The notes beneath the pieces were generated by a model, which was given only the letters and a program-made list of their open reading frames with translations, ran no database searches and was not told the origin of the DNA. The position numbers were made by a program, and so were the translations under genes. From the human T2T-CHM13v2.0 reference genome, Homo sapiens, in NCBI GenBank assembly GCA_009914755.4, contig CP068257.2, positions 35,616,001-35,680,000 of the forward strand: a DNA stretch of 64,000 bases, written 5' to 3'. Below, piece by piece: positions 48,223-64,000 of this stretch. The stretch's first letter is position 1. Each line of letters starts with the position of its first letter.

Positions 48223-50205
48223 AGGGGTCCCCACCCCTCCCGCCCCCCTCGCCCCCCTTTCATCCCCCCTACAGACGCCGACTTGTTAGGAACCGGCGGC
48301 ACAGCAGGAGGTGAGCAGCTGAGCAGCAGGTGGGCCGGCAAAGCTTCATCTATACTTACAGCCACTCCCCATCGCTGGCGTTAGCGCCTGAGCTCTGCCT
48401 CCTGTCAGATCAGCGTCGGCCGTAGAGTCTCATAGGAGCATGAACCCTATTGTGAACTGCACGTGTGAGGGATCTAGGATGCACGCTCCTTATGAGAATC
48501 TAGTGCCTGATGATCTGTCTCTGTCTCTGCCACCCCCAGATGGTGTGTCCGGAATTGGTGGGTTCTTGGTCTCACTGACTTCAAGAATGAAGCCGCGGAC
48601 CCTCACGGTGTTACAGCTCTTAAGGTGGCGCGTCTGGAGTTTGTTCCTTCTGATGTTCGGATGTGTTCGGAGTTTCTTCCTTCTGGTGGGTTCGTAGTCT
48701 CGCTGGCTCAGGAGTGAAGCTGCAGACCTTCACGGTGAGTGTTACAGCTCTTAAGGCGGCGCGTCTGGAGTTGTTCGTTCCTCCTGGTGGGCTCGTGGTC
48801 TCGCTGGCTTCAGGAGTGAAGCTGCAGATCTTCGTGCTGAGTGTTACAGCTTATAAAAGCAGTGTGGACCCAAAGAGTGAGCAGTATCAAGATTTATTGC
48901 AAAGAGCGAGAGAACAAAGCTTCCACAGTGTGGAAAGGGACCCGAGCGGGTTGCCACTGCTGGCGCGGGCAGCCTGCTTTTATTCTTATCTGGCCCCACC
49001 CACATCCTGCTGATGGGTAGAGCCAAGTGGCCTGTTTTGACAGGGCGCTGACTGGTGCGTGTACAATCCCTGAGCTAGATACAAAGGTTCTCCACGTCCC
49101 CATCAGATTAGTTAGATACAGAGTATGGACACAAAGGTTCTTCAAGGCCCCACCAGAGCAGCTAGATACAGAGTGTCGATTGGTGCACTCACAAACCCTG
49201 AGCTAGACACAGGGTGCTGATTGGTGTGTTTACAAACCTTGAGCTAGATACAGAGTGCTGATTGGTGTATTTACAATCCCTGAGCTAGACATAAAGATTC
49301 TCCACGTCCCCACCAGACTCAGGAGCCTAGCTGGCTTCACCCAGTGGATCCCACACCGGGGCTGCAGCTGGAGCTGCCTGCCAGTCTCGCGCCATGCACT
49401 CGCACTCCTCAGGCCTTGGGTGGTCGATAGGACTGGCCGTGGTGGAGCAGGGGGCGGCGCTCGTCGGGGAGGCTCGGGCTGCACAGGAACCCACGGAGGC
49501 GGGGTAAGGCTCAGGCATGGCGGGTTGCAGTCCCGAGGCCTGCCCCGCGGGAAGGCAGCTAAGGCCCGGCGAGAAATCGAGCGCAGCACCGGTGGGCTGG
49601 CACTGCTGGGGGACCCAGTACACCCTTCACAGCCGCTGGCCCGGGTGCTAAGTCCCTTATTGCCCGGGGCCAGCAGGGCCAGCCAGCTGCTTCCGAGTGC
49701 GGGGCCCGCCAAGCCCACGCCCACCCGGAACTCCAGCTGGCCCGCAGGCGCCGCACGCAGCCCCGGTTCCCGCTCGCGTTTCTCCCTCCACACCTCCCTG
49801 CAAGCTGAGGGAGTGGGCTCCGGCCTTGGCCAGCCCAGAAAGGGGCTCCCACAGTGCAGCGGTGGGCTGAAGGGCTCCTCAGGTGCTGCCAAAGTGGGAG
49901 CCCAGGCAGAGGAGGCACCGAGAGCGAGCGAGGGCGGTGCGGACTTCCAGCACGCTGTCACCTCTCAATGGGACCATCTAGTTTCAGGAAAACAAGCTCA
50001 GGGCTCCCACTGATTCTACATTATAGTGAGTTGTGTAATTATTTCATTATATATTATTACAATGTAATAATAATAGAAGTAAAGTGCCCAATAAATGTAA
50101 TCCACTTGAATCATTCCAAACCCATTCCCCTGCCCTGTCCATGGAAAAAAATGTCTCCCATGAAACCAGTCCCTCGTGCCAAAAAGGTTGGGGACCACTG
50201 TTATG
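48223..50205. mobile_element. Older palindromic non-autonomous DNA transposon, MER1/hAT-Charlie-like (name tentative), split into two parts (48223-48543 and 49968-50205) by the LTR12C insertion.
   Basis: The left end reads caggggtccccacccc... and the right end reads ...ccaaaaaggttggggaccactg. The two are inverted terminal repeats of each other. The flanks re-join seamlessly across the LTR (ccacccccagATGG|gaccatctagtttcagg). Confidence 0.5.
48544..49967 (+). mobile_element. Solo HERV9 LTR12C, about 1.42 kb and essentially full length, flanked by a 4-bp target-site duplication ATGG.
   Basis: Begins TGTGTCCGGAATTGGTGGGTTCTTGGTCTCACTGACTTCAAGAATGAAGCCGCGGACCC and ends ...CTGTCACCTCTCA. It contains the characteristic tandem units ...gctgattggtg..ccctgagctagacac (NF-Y CCAAT boxes) and a GC-rich 3' half. 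ATGG is found at 48540-48543 and again at 49968-49971. Confidence 0.85.
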
Positions 50206-50331
50206 GGGTAAAGCTAATAACTCTGCAAAGAATAGGGCAAGCCTTTGTAAAATACATCAACATTCACTTGATTTCCTGCCACTGCAGGAATGCCTAAGAA
50301 CGTTTCAGGGAGTGGAGCTAACCGTGGTTGA

Positions 50332-51222
<891 letters not shown>

Positions 51223-51445
51223 TGAGGGCAAAATGTTTTATTAGATAGATTGGTGGATAGGTAGATATGTGATACAGCAAACATAGCAAAACATTTATTC
51301 TAGAATCTGGTTGGTGCCTGTTCATTGTACATTTTTTCCAGCTCCTATCTACGTTTGAAATTTAAAATAAAAGTTGGGGCTGGAAATTGTGATAGAGGTG
51401 CTTATTATACAATTTACAGGGATTTAAAAAAGGTATTTTTCAAGC

Positions 51446-51760
<315 letters not shown>

Positions 51761-52387
51761 TCAGTCATTGCACATCTATTTGCTGGGTGTCAATTATATA
51801 TGGTACTGAATCCTGAAGACTCACCAGGGAACAAAACAGGTGCAATCTTCCCCTCATGTAGTTTACAGCCCAGAAGGGAAGAGAGATGACCGAACAAGTA
51901 ATTCCAGTAGAGTGTGAAGAGTTGCTGTAAGCATCAAAGTGTTGGGGGGAGTTAGTCTCTTACTAGCCCCTCCCAAGACCCTGCACCCCTCCTACTTGTG
52001 CACAGAGTCCCAGCCCTGGCCTTCCTAGGGTGTTGACATCACTGCTGCTTGCAGTACACCCTGCACCAGCTAGGCCTTAGCTGGCTCCAGAGTGTGGCAG
52101 GGGTGGGTGATTGCAGAGATACTTTCATTCCAACAATGGTCAAGTCTAGTTTTCTCCTTAGTTACTTTAGGGTGCTGTACTGGCTTCCTAGAACTGCTGT
52201 AACAAATTATCACAAAATTGGTGGCTTACAGCAATAGAAATTTATACTGTTACAATCCTGGGAACCAGAAGAGTCCAATTTTAAGGTGTTGGCAGGGCCG
52301 CTTCCCCCTGGTGTGTCTGCAGGAGAATCCATCCCATGCCTCTGTGCTGGCTTCTGCTGGCTGCCGGCAGCCCTTGGCGTCCTTTAG

Positions 52388-52775
<388 letters not shown>

Positions 52776-53214
52776 CTTTTTTTCCCTCTTATGAGAACAC
52801 TTGCCATTGGATTTTGGATCCACCCAGATAATCGAGGATGATCTCATCTCAAAATCCTTAATTACACCTGCAGAGAACTTTTTTCAAATGAGGTCACATG
52901 CACAGGTTCTAAGAGGACGTATCTTTTGGGGAGGCCAACACTCAGCCCGCTATGAGTACACCTATCTCATAACTAAGAGACTCATAGAGCACATGGTCTC
53001 TCTCCTCTTTTTAACATGTCGTGGGCTTATTTTGTCATAGGATATTTTCCTCTGTCTTGGGTCTGATTTCTTCACTCATTATTTAAAAAATTTCTCTCGG
53101 TCTGAACCATGATGAATGAATTCTGAGTGGGTTATTGCCATTCTCCAAAGTTTTCCTCCTGTGCCCAAATTTCTCCTCGATAGTGGTTCATTCCTCTACA
53201 TACAGAGAGCTATG

Positions 53215-53825
<611 letters not shown>

Positions 53826-54609
53826 CAACATGTGTTTTTTAAGGGAACACAAAACACAATGCAACCCATAACATTAAATGATCACCTTTGCGTTTAGAAA
53901 GACCCTGCACATTGCCTGCAGTGTGCAGCGTGTGGTAGAGGGTAGCAGCTCACCACACATTCCAGTTGGCAAATGTTTGTAGTAATCTCAACAACAGACC
54001 ATGGTGAGTGGGCAATGCCCATAGTGGCAAAGTAGGATAAAAAGAAGTGGGACAATAGAAAACAACGTAGCGGCTAGCCCCAGTGTGACTCAGTCACTGA
54101 ATGGACCTGTGCTGGGACAGCGAGAGAGGCTCCACCTGTAGATGAGGGGTCAGGGTTCCATGTCCCACGCAAATCCCCATTCCCGTCAGATACACTCACA
54201 GGGCCTTCATGAAGCTTAATGGTCAGTGTAGGAAAGAGTCCCCGCTTCCTGGTTCCCCGCGCCCTGGAGCCTCACTCCACTCTGGGATACACCCCAGCCA
54301 TCACACCCAAATTATCCATTCGCTGATCGGCGGTAGATAATTTGGTGTATTCTGAGCTTCAGGAGGAAAAACCCCTCTGTTTACTTTTGGAATTAGTAAA
54401 CTTCCATTTCATGTTTTTCCCTGAAGGGTGTTTAATGTGAGGTCCTTTTTTCTCTCTCTCCCTACTTTTTTAAGGGAACAGCATTAGTCTGAGGGCTACA
54501 CAAAGGATGCTTGTTGAATTCTGTCAAAGATCTGCACAAGATGAGTGACAGTTAGGTAGACCTGTCTGCTTTCTGAAATTTCACATGTTTGCATTGAATC
54601 CCCGCCTGA

Positions 54610-55046
<437 letters not shown>

Positions 55047-55169
55047 TGACTGCCCTGAAGAAACCTTGCGTTTCTTCACCACCTATGCAGCTAGAGGTGA
55101 CCATGTGGGCTGTTAATGGAAACCTAGTGTGCAACTCTTGGGAGGTGCCCTTCAAGAGAGGGTGCAAAC

Positions 55170-55462
55170 CGGGCGGTGGCTCACACTTGCAATCCCAGCA
55201 CTTTGAGAGGCCGAGGCAGGCGGATCACCTGAGGTCAGGAGTTCGAGACCAGCCTGACCAACATGGTGAAACCCCGTCTCTACTAAAAATACAAAAATTA
55301 GCTGGGCGTGGTGGTCTGCAACTGTAATCCCAGATACTTGGGAGGCTAAGGCAGGAGAATCTCTTGAACCTGGGAGGCGGAGGTTACATGAGCTGAGATT
55401 TCGCCACTGCACTCCAGCCTGGGTGACAGAGCAAGACTCCATCTCAAAAAAAAAAAAAAAAA
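55170..55462 (+). mobile_element. Alu with TSD agagggtg(c/t)gcaa.
   Basis: ccgggcggtggctcacacttgcaatcccagcactttgagaggccgaggcaggcggatcacctgagg... followed by poly-A. Confidence 0.9.
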
Positions 55463-57276
55463 AAGAGGGTGTGCAAGTTCTTCTTTCCTCCCATTCTTCC
55501 CACTTGCTGGTTAGTATTTGGATGCACTGGCCTGAGTCTGCGTAGTCTTCTGGGGCCTTGAGGCAGAAGCTACTTACTAGGATTGTAGAGGGATGAGGGA
55601 CAAGGCAGAAGGAGGCCGAGCACTTCCAGGTACCCTCCGTCCTGGCCCCAGCTGCCTATATTTATTTAAGAGAGAAACAAACAGCTATCTTGAGGGGTAG
55701 ACAGAATAATACTTCCCTCCTTCCCCGAAAAAGATGCCCACATCCTTGCCCCTAGAAATAGTTGATATATTGCTTGACCTGGGGAAAGGGACTTTGCAGA
55801 TGTGCTTGAGGACCTTGAGATGGGGGCGGGGGTTAGCCTGGATGATCCTAGTTATTCTGGGTGGGCTCAAAGTCATCATAAGGGTCCTTATATGAGATAA
55901 GCAGGAAGATCAGAGACAGAAAAACAACCTGTGATGACAGGAGTGGCCAAGGTTGAAGTGAGGCACCTTGAATATGGAGGCAGGCCCAGAGGTCAAGAAA
56001 GAATGCAGGCACTGCAACACCCTGGAAAAGGCAAGGAAACACGCTCTCCCCTGGAGCCTCCAGAAAGAACTCAGCTTGGCCCACACCTTGATTTTAGTTC
56101 CTCAACTCTCATTTTAGAGTTCTGAACTCTAGAGCTGAAGGATAATACATTTGTGTTGTTTTAAGCTAGTAGGTTTGTGGTCATTGGCTACAGCAGCAAT
56201 TGGCAACTTATACACTTCATCTTGCTTGAGCGACTGTTATTTTGTAATTTCAGACACTTGCAGCTACCTCCAGTCCTAACCAGGACAAAATCTGGTATCT
56301 GGAAGTGGGAAAATGTATGTTGCAGAACGTAGGTTGTGGCACTGACTTAGCAATGACATGCCCGGGACTCATATATTGCAGGTTCGGAAAAATGATGGTC
56401 ATTAGGACATGGCAATGGGACACTTGGTGGCATGTTTCCAGGGTTACTTTAGAAGGCATACTATATGCTGACCAAGGCTGAGAGTCAGGAGGAAATGGTT
56501 GGAAGATCAGAATTTTGGGCACAGTCAGCTTCTTCCTGCCACGTCCTGCAAAATCCAAAAGAAAGGTGAACTTGAGGAAAGCCAGCCAGTCTGTCAACCG
56601 AATGAAAAACATCGTTTTGGCAAAGGAGCCCTCTCTGCCTGCCACTTGCAAGCAAATTTGAGTGATAAGCTGGTAATTTGGGGCCTTGCTGGACTGAAAA
56701 ACCCAATGGCTTCTGTATTCCAAGTAAAGGTTTTACCGAGGTCTCAATGTTTTGCAAAGGGCTTTACATGTCCAATTCTCTGCTAGACATTGAGAGCCAG
56801 TCCAGAGGCAAACATGTTGGGGAAGGTAACTTTTCTTTCAGTTCGTGGGTTTCCAGCCTACAAAGAGCCCTTCTAGACTTATGGAGAGCTCTGAACACCA
56901 CCCCAGGGTGCAGGACTTGGAGCTGGAGGAAGTGCATTGGTGGGACTCTGAAGTTGTTGCCCTTGGTAAGGCTATGAATATGTACCACGTGTGGGAGGAG
57001 AGATGTGTATGGATATCAGGCGGCTAAGAGGGCAAGCTGTGGCAGTTTGCTTTTCTCCTCCTCTTCTATAGCAGAATCCTGGCATGTCTTGAATGAGTTA
57101 TGTGTGTATTCAGATACTGGGGTCCTCAATTTCCAGGGCAGACAAGTAAGCCCTGGAACAGCGTCGAGCCTCTGGCCACGATCAGCTTTGTCCTTTCGCC
57201 CCAGTGTACTGTTATAAGGAAATGGTTGGGGCATTATGAAGTTAAGGTGAGCATAGTCTACACATGCTCACCCTCA

Positions 57277-57603
<327 letters not shown>

Positions 57604-57740
57604 AGTATGGGGGATTCCCAAAACCACTCTCAGTTTTGATAATTCACTAGAAAGACTCACAGAACTCTCTGAAACCTGGTGTACTTATGGTTACAGTTTA
57701 TTACAGCAAAAGGATACAGATTAAAATCAGCCGAGGGGGC

Positions 57741-58036
57741 TGGGCGCGGTGGCTCATGCCTGTAATCCCAGCACTTTAGGAGGCCGAGGCTGGCGGATCA
57801 CGAGGTCAGGAGTTCGAGACCAGCCTGACCAACATGGTGAAACCTCGTCTCTACTAAAAATACAAAAATTAGTCAGGCGTGGTGTTGCGCATCTGTAATC
57901 CCAGCTACTTAGGTGTCTGAGGCAGGAGAATCGCTTGAACCCAGGAGGTGGAGGTTGCAGTGAGCCAAGATCCTGCTACTTCACTCCAGCCTGGGTGACA
58001 GAGCGAGACTCCATCTCAAAAAAGAAAAAAAAAGAG
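57741..58036 (+). mobile_element. Alu (AluY-like).
   Basis: ggctgggcgcggtggctcatgcctgtaatcccagcactttaggaggccgaggctggcggatcacgaggtcaggagttcgagaccagcctgaccaac... followed by poly-A. Confidence 0.9.
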
Positions 58037-59645
58037 AAGAAGAACATAGGGTAGAGTCCAGGAAAGAACCCATCACAGAGCTTCCATTGTTTTCTCCCTG
58101 GGAAGCCATGGATAGTGCCACTTTCCTGGCATTAACGTGGACAACACACATGGAGTTTGCCCACCAGGGAAGCCCACCCAAGCTTAGAGTTTTTATTGGG
58201 GTTCCATTGTGTAGTAATGATTGATTTCCCATGTGGTTGATCGCAGCCTCCAGCCCCTCTGGATGTTGAACTAATACGACGTGACCCCAACCCCCTCCCT
58301 AAATCACACTGTTAGACTTCCTGGTGTGGCCAGCTCCCAATCTAAACAAAGATACTCCTATCGAGCATGATTTTCCAAGGGCTGAGAGATTACCTACCAG
58401 AAGCTGAAGGCAAAGGATGGACCTCTCTTTGGGCAAGGTCAAATTCTTTATTACCCAGATGCATTGTTCTACAATAATGGAACCTCAATTTCTAACTGAG
58501 CACAAAGCAGCCACAATCAAGAATCCCAACCTCTGCCAGAATTCCAGCCTTTTGTGCATCTACTTACATCCCATTGTAACCATGTGACTAAATTCTAGTC
58601 AATGGGATGTAAGTGGGGGTTGTATTTGCCACTTCTGGGAAGTGTCCTTAAATAGAGGGGCCTTCTTTTCCTCTGCCTTCTGTCTTTTTGCTTCCTATAC
58701 GGGACTTGAGGAGCCTTCTTGGCCCATAGGTAATGCTTAGGGGTGCAACAAGGTGGAAAGAGCCTGGGTTCCTGTTGATTGAGGCACCCTTTATACCTGC
58801 ACCAGGCTGCTTGGAGAAACCACTTCTATCATGTTTAAGCTGCTGTCATTTTGGGTTTTCTGCCATTTGCAGCCAGATATAGTCTCAACACCTTGCTTGA
58901 AACTTACATTTATATTGGTTACATCCAGATTTGTAAAACTCTGCTCATCAAATTGACGATCTCATCTTTAATCCAGCTCACACTCATGCTGCCAAATTGT
59001 AGCCTGTCACTGGAACACTAGACAGGGTACTGGACAGTTGCTTCTCTGGAACACTGGCCTTTATTCCCAAGCCTTCATCACATTCAGAAGGGACTGTTTT
59101 CTTTTTCTTTTTCTTAAGAAACTCACAGTCTACCTTTTCCAAGTAAATAATCATCACACTTTCTGTGGCTAACCAGTTGGAGATTTGACTGAACACCTAA
59201 ACTTTACTAATGTTATATCTAAACTTTAAGTGAATTTTTGCTACACCTTTAAAAAACTGACTAAAAGATATTTTTTAAATCAAAACGAACATTTACAGAT
59301 CTTTCCAAGACCTGATATTTGAATTTTGTTCATATTTTATCAAAGTGGGCCAGAGTTTCCTATGTGCAATGGCTTGGCATCGTGCCTAGAGAAAGCAGGA
59401 TAAACACTGAATCTCTGCCTTTTATTTTTTGTTTTTGGTGTCTTGCCATCCTTTGTTCTTCATAAAGACCTTATGGTAGCTTTTATGAATATCTCTAAGA
59501 AATTAATCTTTAAAATATAGAAGGTGGACAAAAAACCCTTTGCACATTGTGAAGACAGGGATTTTATCCTTCGTTCATTGAAGAGCAGCAAGATATTGGG
59601 ACTTGGATATGGTGCAACCTCTGTCATCACCTTTCCTGTTTGTAG

Positions 59646-60019
<374 letters not shown>

Positions 60020-61472
60020 CAAAAGTTCCATTTCTAATTTGCCTACCTTAATGACTTGATTTTCTTATTTTCATAGTAAATAGGAATATGTATGTTGAAG
60101 AAATATGAACATTAATTTTCTCATAACTGCACAGTCAAAAACAATGTTTTAAACTTTAATAAATATCAATGACTTGTTTCATACTTTGCTCCATTACAAA
60201 CACAAGGAAAGAAAAGATGTACAATGCCTGAGGAATAGAAACACCATCAATCCTCAACAGGGTCACCTAACTGTCATTATGAAGCAAGGGACTCTTGCCA
60301 GAGATTTGTGTCCTCAGTGAAAAAGGCCTCATGGAATTTTCTTGCTAAAAGGAACCTGAGACTTATTGACACACGCGTCCTCCTTTTCCAGACGAAACAC
60401 TCAAGGCTTAGGGAAGTCAAAGTGTACAGAAGGTCCCCGCTAATTAGCAACAAAGCCAGACTCAGCACCCAGGTTGTTCTCGCTCCTGGATCAGGGTTAT
60501 TTGTGAACATCCCATGTCCTCTTTATGATGGTTACAGATGTTTCATATCATCAAGGTTAAGATGAAAGATCTCAGAAGCTGCAGAAGTGCTTAGATGCAC
60601 CCACAGAAAACCACCGGATCCAGCTAACTCACTCTTGTGATTGGAAAGAAGCATATTCTGGTGAAGCAAAAGATTTCTATCTCCAGAATAATGCAGAAAG
60701 CATTTTTACCTACCAAGCCACAACAAACCAGTGAAAGAACATTTAGATTTCCAGAGTCCATCGGCAATACAAAAGTCACCTAAAGAATAATGCCAGAGGC
60801 ATATCTTCTCTTGTAGGTTGTAAATTCCTTGAAAACGAGAACTGCTCAACTTCCCATCTCCTACGACACCCAGCACACAGTTGATGCTGGAATTTCTTTT
60901 TAATGAATGAAACACACAAATCATTGCTTTAAACCCTGGAATTGTGCCCTTTTCAAAAGAAGCACTTAATAGACATGTGTCTAATTTCCTGTGCTGTCAC
61001 AAATATTATTTAATCACACTGTTAAAAATAAAGAACTCTGGGGCCCATGAACTACATTCTCCAGGCCATTAGCTGCTCTTTCCACTTTGGGCCTCTCAGC
61101 TGTGCAGCCGGAAATGGATCGTGGGGAGAGGAGCTGCCACTCTTCTGCAAATATCCTGGAATCTTGGCTATGTCAGGAAGTGTTTGGAGAATGCCTTGGA
61201 AGCTGAGAAAGTGTTTCCAAAGCAGCATGCACACGAAGATATTTGAACCAGAGAACTTCCACTCTGAAATAGATGCATGGAGTGCATTCACAGAATATCA
61301 CGTTTTTCTGAAGTTTAAAAGCTACAGCCCAGTACTCTGAACCCAAGAATTAAGGTAAGTGTAAAAAGTGAGTGCCTCAGATAGTTGTTATGTTTGCAAC
61401 AGGTCACTTGGTTTTACATCAATCTCATGGTAAAATACATATAAAGTCGTTATGAAGCTCATAGGCATATTA

Positions 61473-62060
<588 letters not shown>

Positions 62061-62748
62061 AACTATATCTTTTAAAAATGATAGTCAATGATTTTTCACT
62101 GAAAAATAGGTATTATTCATTAAAATCTAAGAATACAAACCAGCCACAGTAAGAAAACTGTCCTCTCCTCTTTGCCAGCAGCCTACACAATTGAGATGCT
62201 GTGCAGTTTTCCCCTCAGCTCGTAACACTGAAACAGCAAGAAATTGTCTAAGGTTAGAATTTCTAGTCATAGGAAACTTCCAGCGATGCCAATGTAAAAA
62301 CATTTTGTTTCATTTCAGAGAGTTAAGAGAGCAAATCAAGACATGAAAATGATCCCCCCGTGGAATATGCCCCTGCTATTGAGAGAATAAACTACTGATC
62401 TACGCAACAGCATGGATGAATCTCAGAGACATTTTGCTAACTGAGAGAAGTCAGACACAGAAGACATAGTCAATGATTCCATGTGTATGAAATTTCTAGA
62501 AAAGGCAAAACTATAGAGACAGAATGGCTGATCAATGTTGTGGCTGATCAAATCGAGGCACAGAATGATCAATGGTTGCCTGGAGCTGCGGGTGGGAACA
62601 GGAGTGACCTCAAAGGAGCAAGGGGAACTTTTGGGGGTGGATGGGAATATTGGGAAACTGGACTGTGATGGTTGCTAAGTGCGTCAGTTCACGGAAACCT
62701 ATCACACTGTACCCTCACAATGAGTGACGTTTATGGTTTGTAAGTTAG

Positions 62749-63591
<843 letters not shown>

Positions 63592-64000
63592 TCACACCAA
63601 ACCCGGCTTGGTGATCTTTCAAACTCCAGAATTTACAATTTCTAAACATAATGATTATGATATTAGTCAACTCATAGAGTCCAAGAACATGAATACATGG
63701 AACTGAGCAAAACAAACAGCATTTCCCTAATGTCGGGGGATGGTGGTATGACTGGGAGCCAAAGAGAGCTTTGTGGGCTTTTGCTGAACTACGCAGCTGT
63801 TCGGGGCAGCTCCTGGAACGAGGAAAGGTATTTCGGGTATAGACTGAAATACCTTCACTAACAACTGTGGAATGCTGGCTATACACATCACCATCACTGC
63901 AGAAATGTGGGGAAATTATTTTAGGAAAATCCATCTTGCTCAGAGGCAAAAGAATAAATCGAACATTCTGTAGTCCACCTCACCAGTGTTTCTATCCACA

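Noticed and set aside
49230-50013. Two long overlapping ORFs (243 aa on the minus strand, 252 aa on the plus strand) and several 90-150 aa ORFs.
   Set aside because: They lie entirely within the GC-rich 3' half of the LTR12C solo LTR. High GC content suppresses stop codons, the predicted proteins are low complexity (P/A/G/R-rich), and ORFs overlap on both strands. They are not coding.
56250-57030. 157-aa minus-strand ORF and overlapping 90-99 aa ORFs in unique, non-repeat sequence.
   Set aside because: Overlapping frames on both strands, no Kozak or splice context, and ordinary base composition. The most likely explanation is chance ORFs in intergenic DNA, although conservation was not assessable without alignment.

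Overview
This window is human (primate) genomic DNA, roughly 40% interspersed repeats. It is not a prokaryotic or phage locus, so no CRISPR array, tRNA or rRNA genes were found. The one protein-coding gene I can identify is the 5' end of VPS26C/DSCR3 (Down syndrome critical region 3, chr21q22.13) on the minus strand. Coding exon 1 (MGTALDIKIKRANKVYHAG) lies at 33444-33500 inside a ~1.3 kb CpG-island promoter. A 26.6 kb first intron follows, then exon 2 at 6705-6848 and exon 3 at 4670-4819; the rest of the CDS lies beyond the low-coordinate edge. Coordinates from about 33.7 kb to 64 kb are therefore the intergenic region upstream of DSCR3, on the DYRK1A side. Repeat content: about 50 Alu elements, several with clear target-site duplications and two nested Alu-in-Alu insertions; an old ~6 kb L1 plus an L1 3' fragment in intron 1; MaLR LTRs of THE1 and MSTA type; and a full solo HERV9 LTR12C (48544-49967) with a 4-bp ATGG target duplication, inserted into an older MER1-like DNA transposon. 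Observations worth a second look: (a) a tandem E-box (CACCTG) mini-array just inside intron 1; (b) a CpG-rich intronic block with a perfect NRF1 palindrome; (c) the LTR12C as a candidate cryptic promoter; (d) a retro-copied, partly inverted duplicate of a neighbouring Alu-linker-Alu block with TSD, poly-A and an L1 endonuclease site (61528-62060 copied from 62786-63240); (e) an Alu whose tail is poly-C rather than poly-A; (f) a 180-bp polypurine tract. I see no evidence of an undescribed coding gene; the long ORFs in the provided track outside the three DSCR3 exons (checked through Alu, LTR12C and GC-rich sequence) have no coding support.
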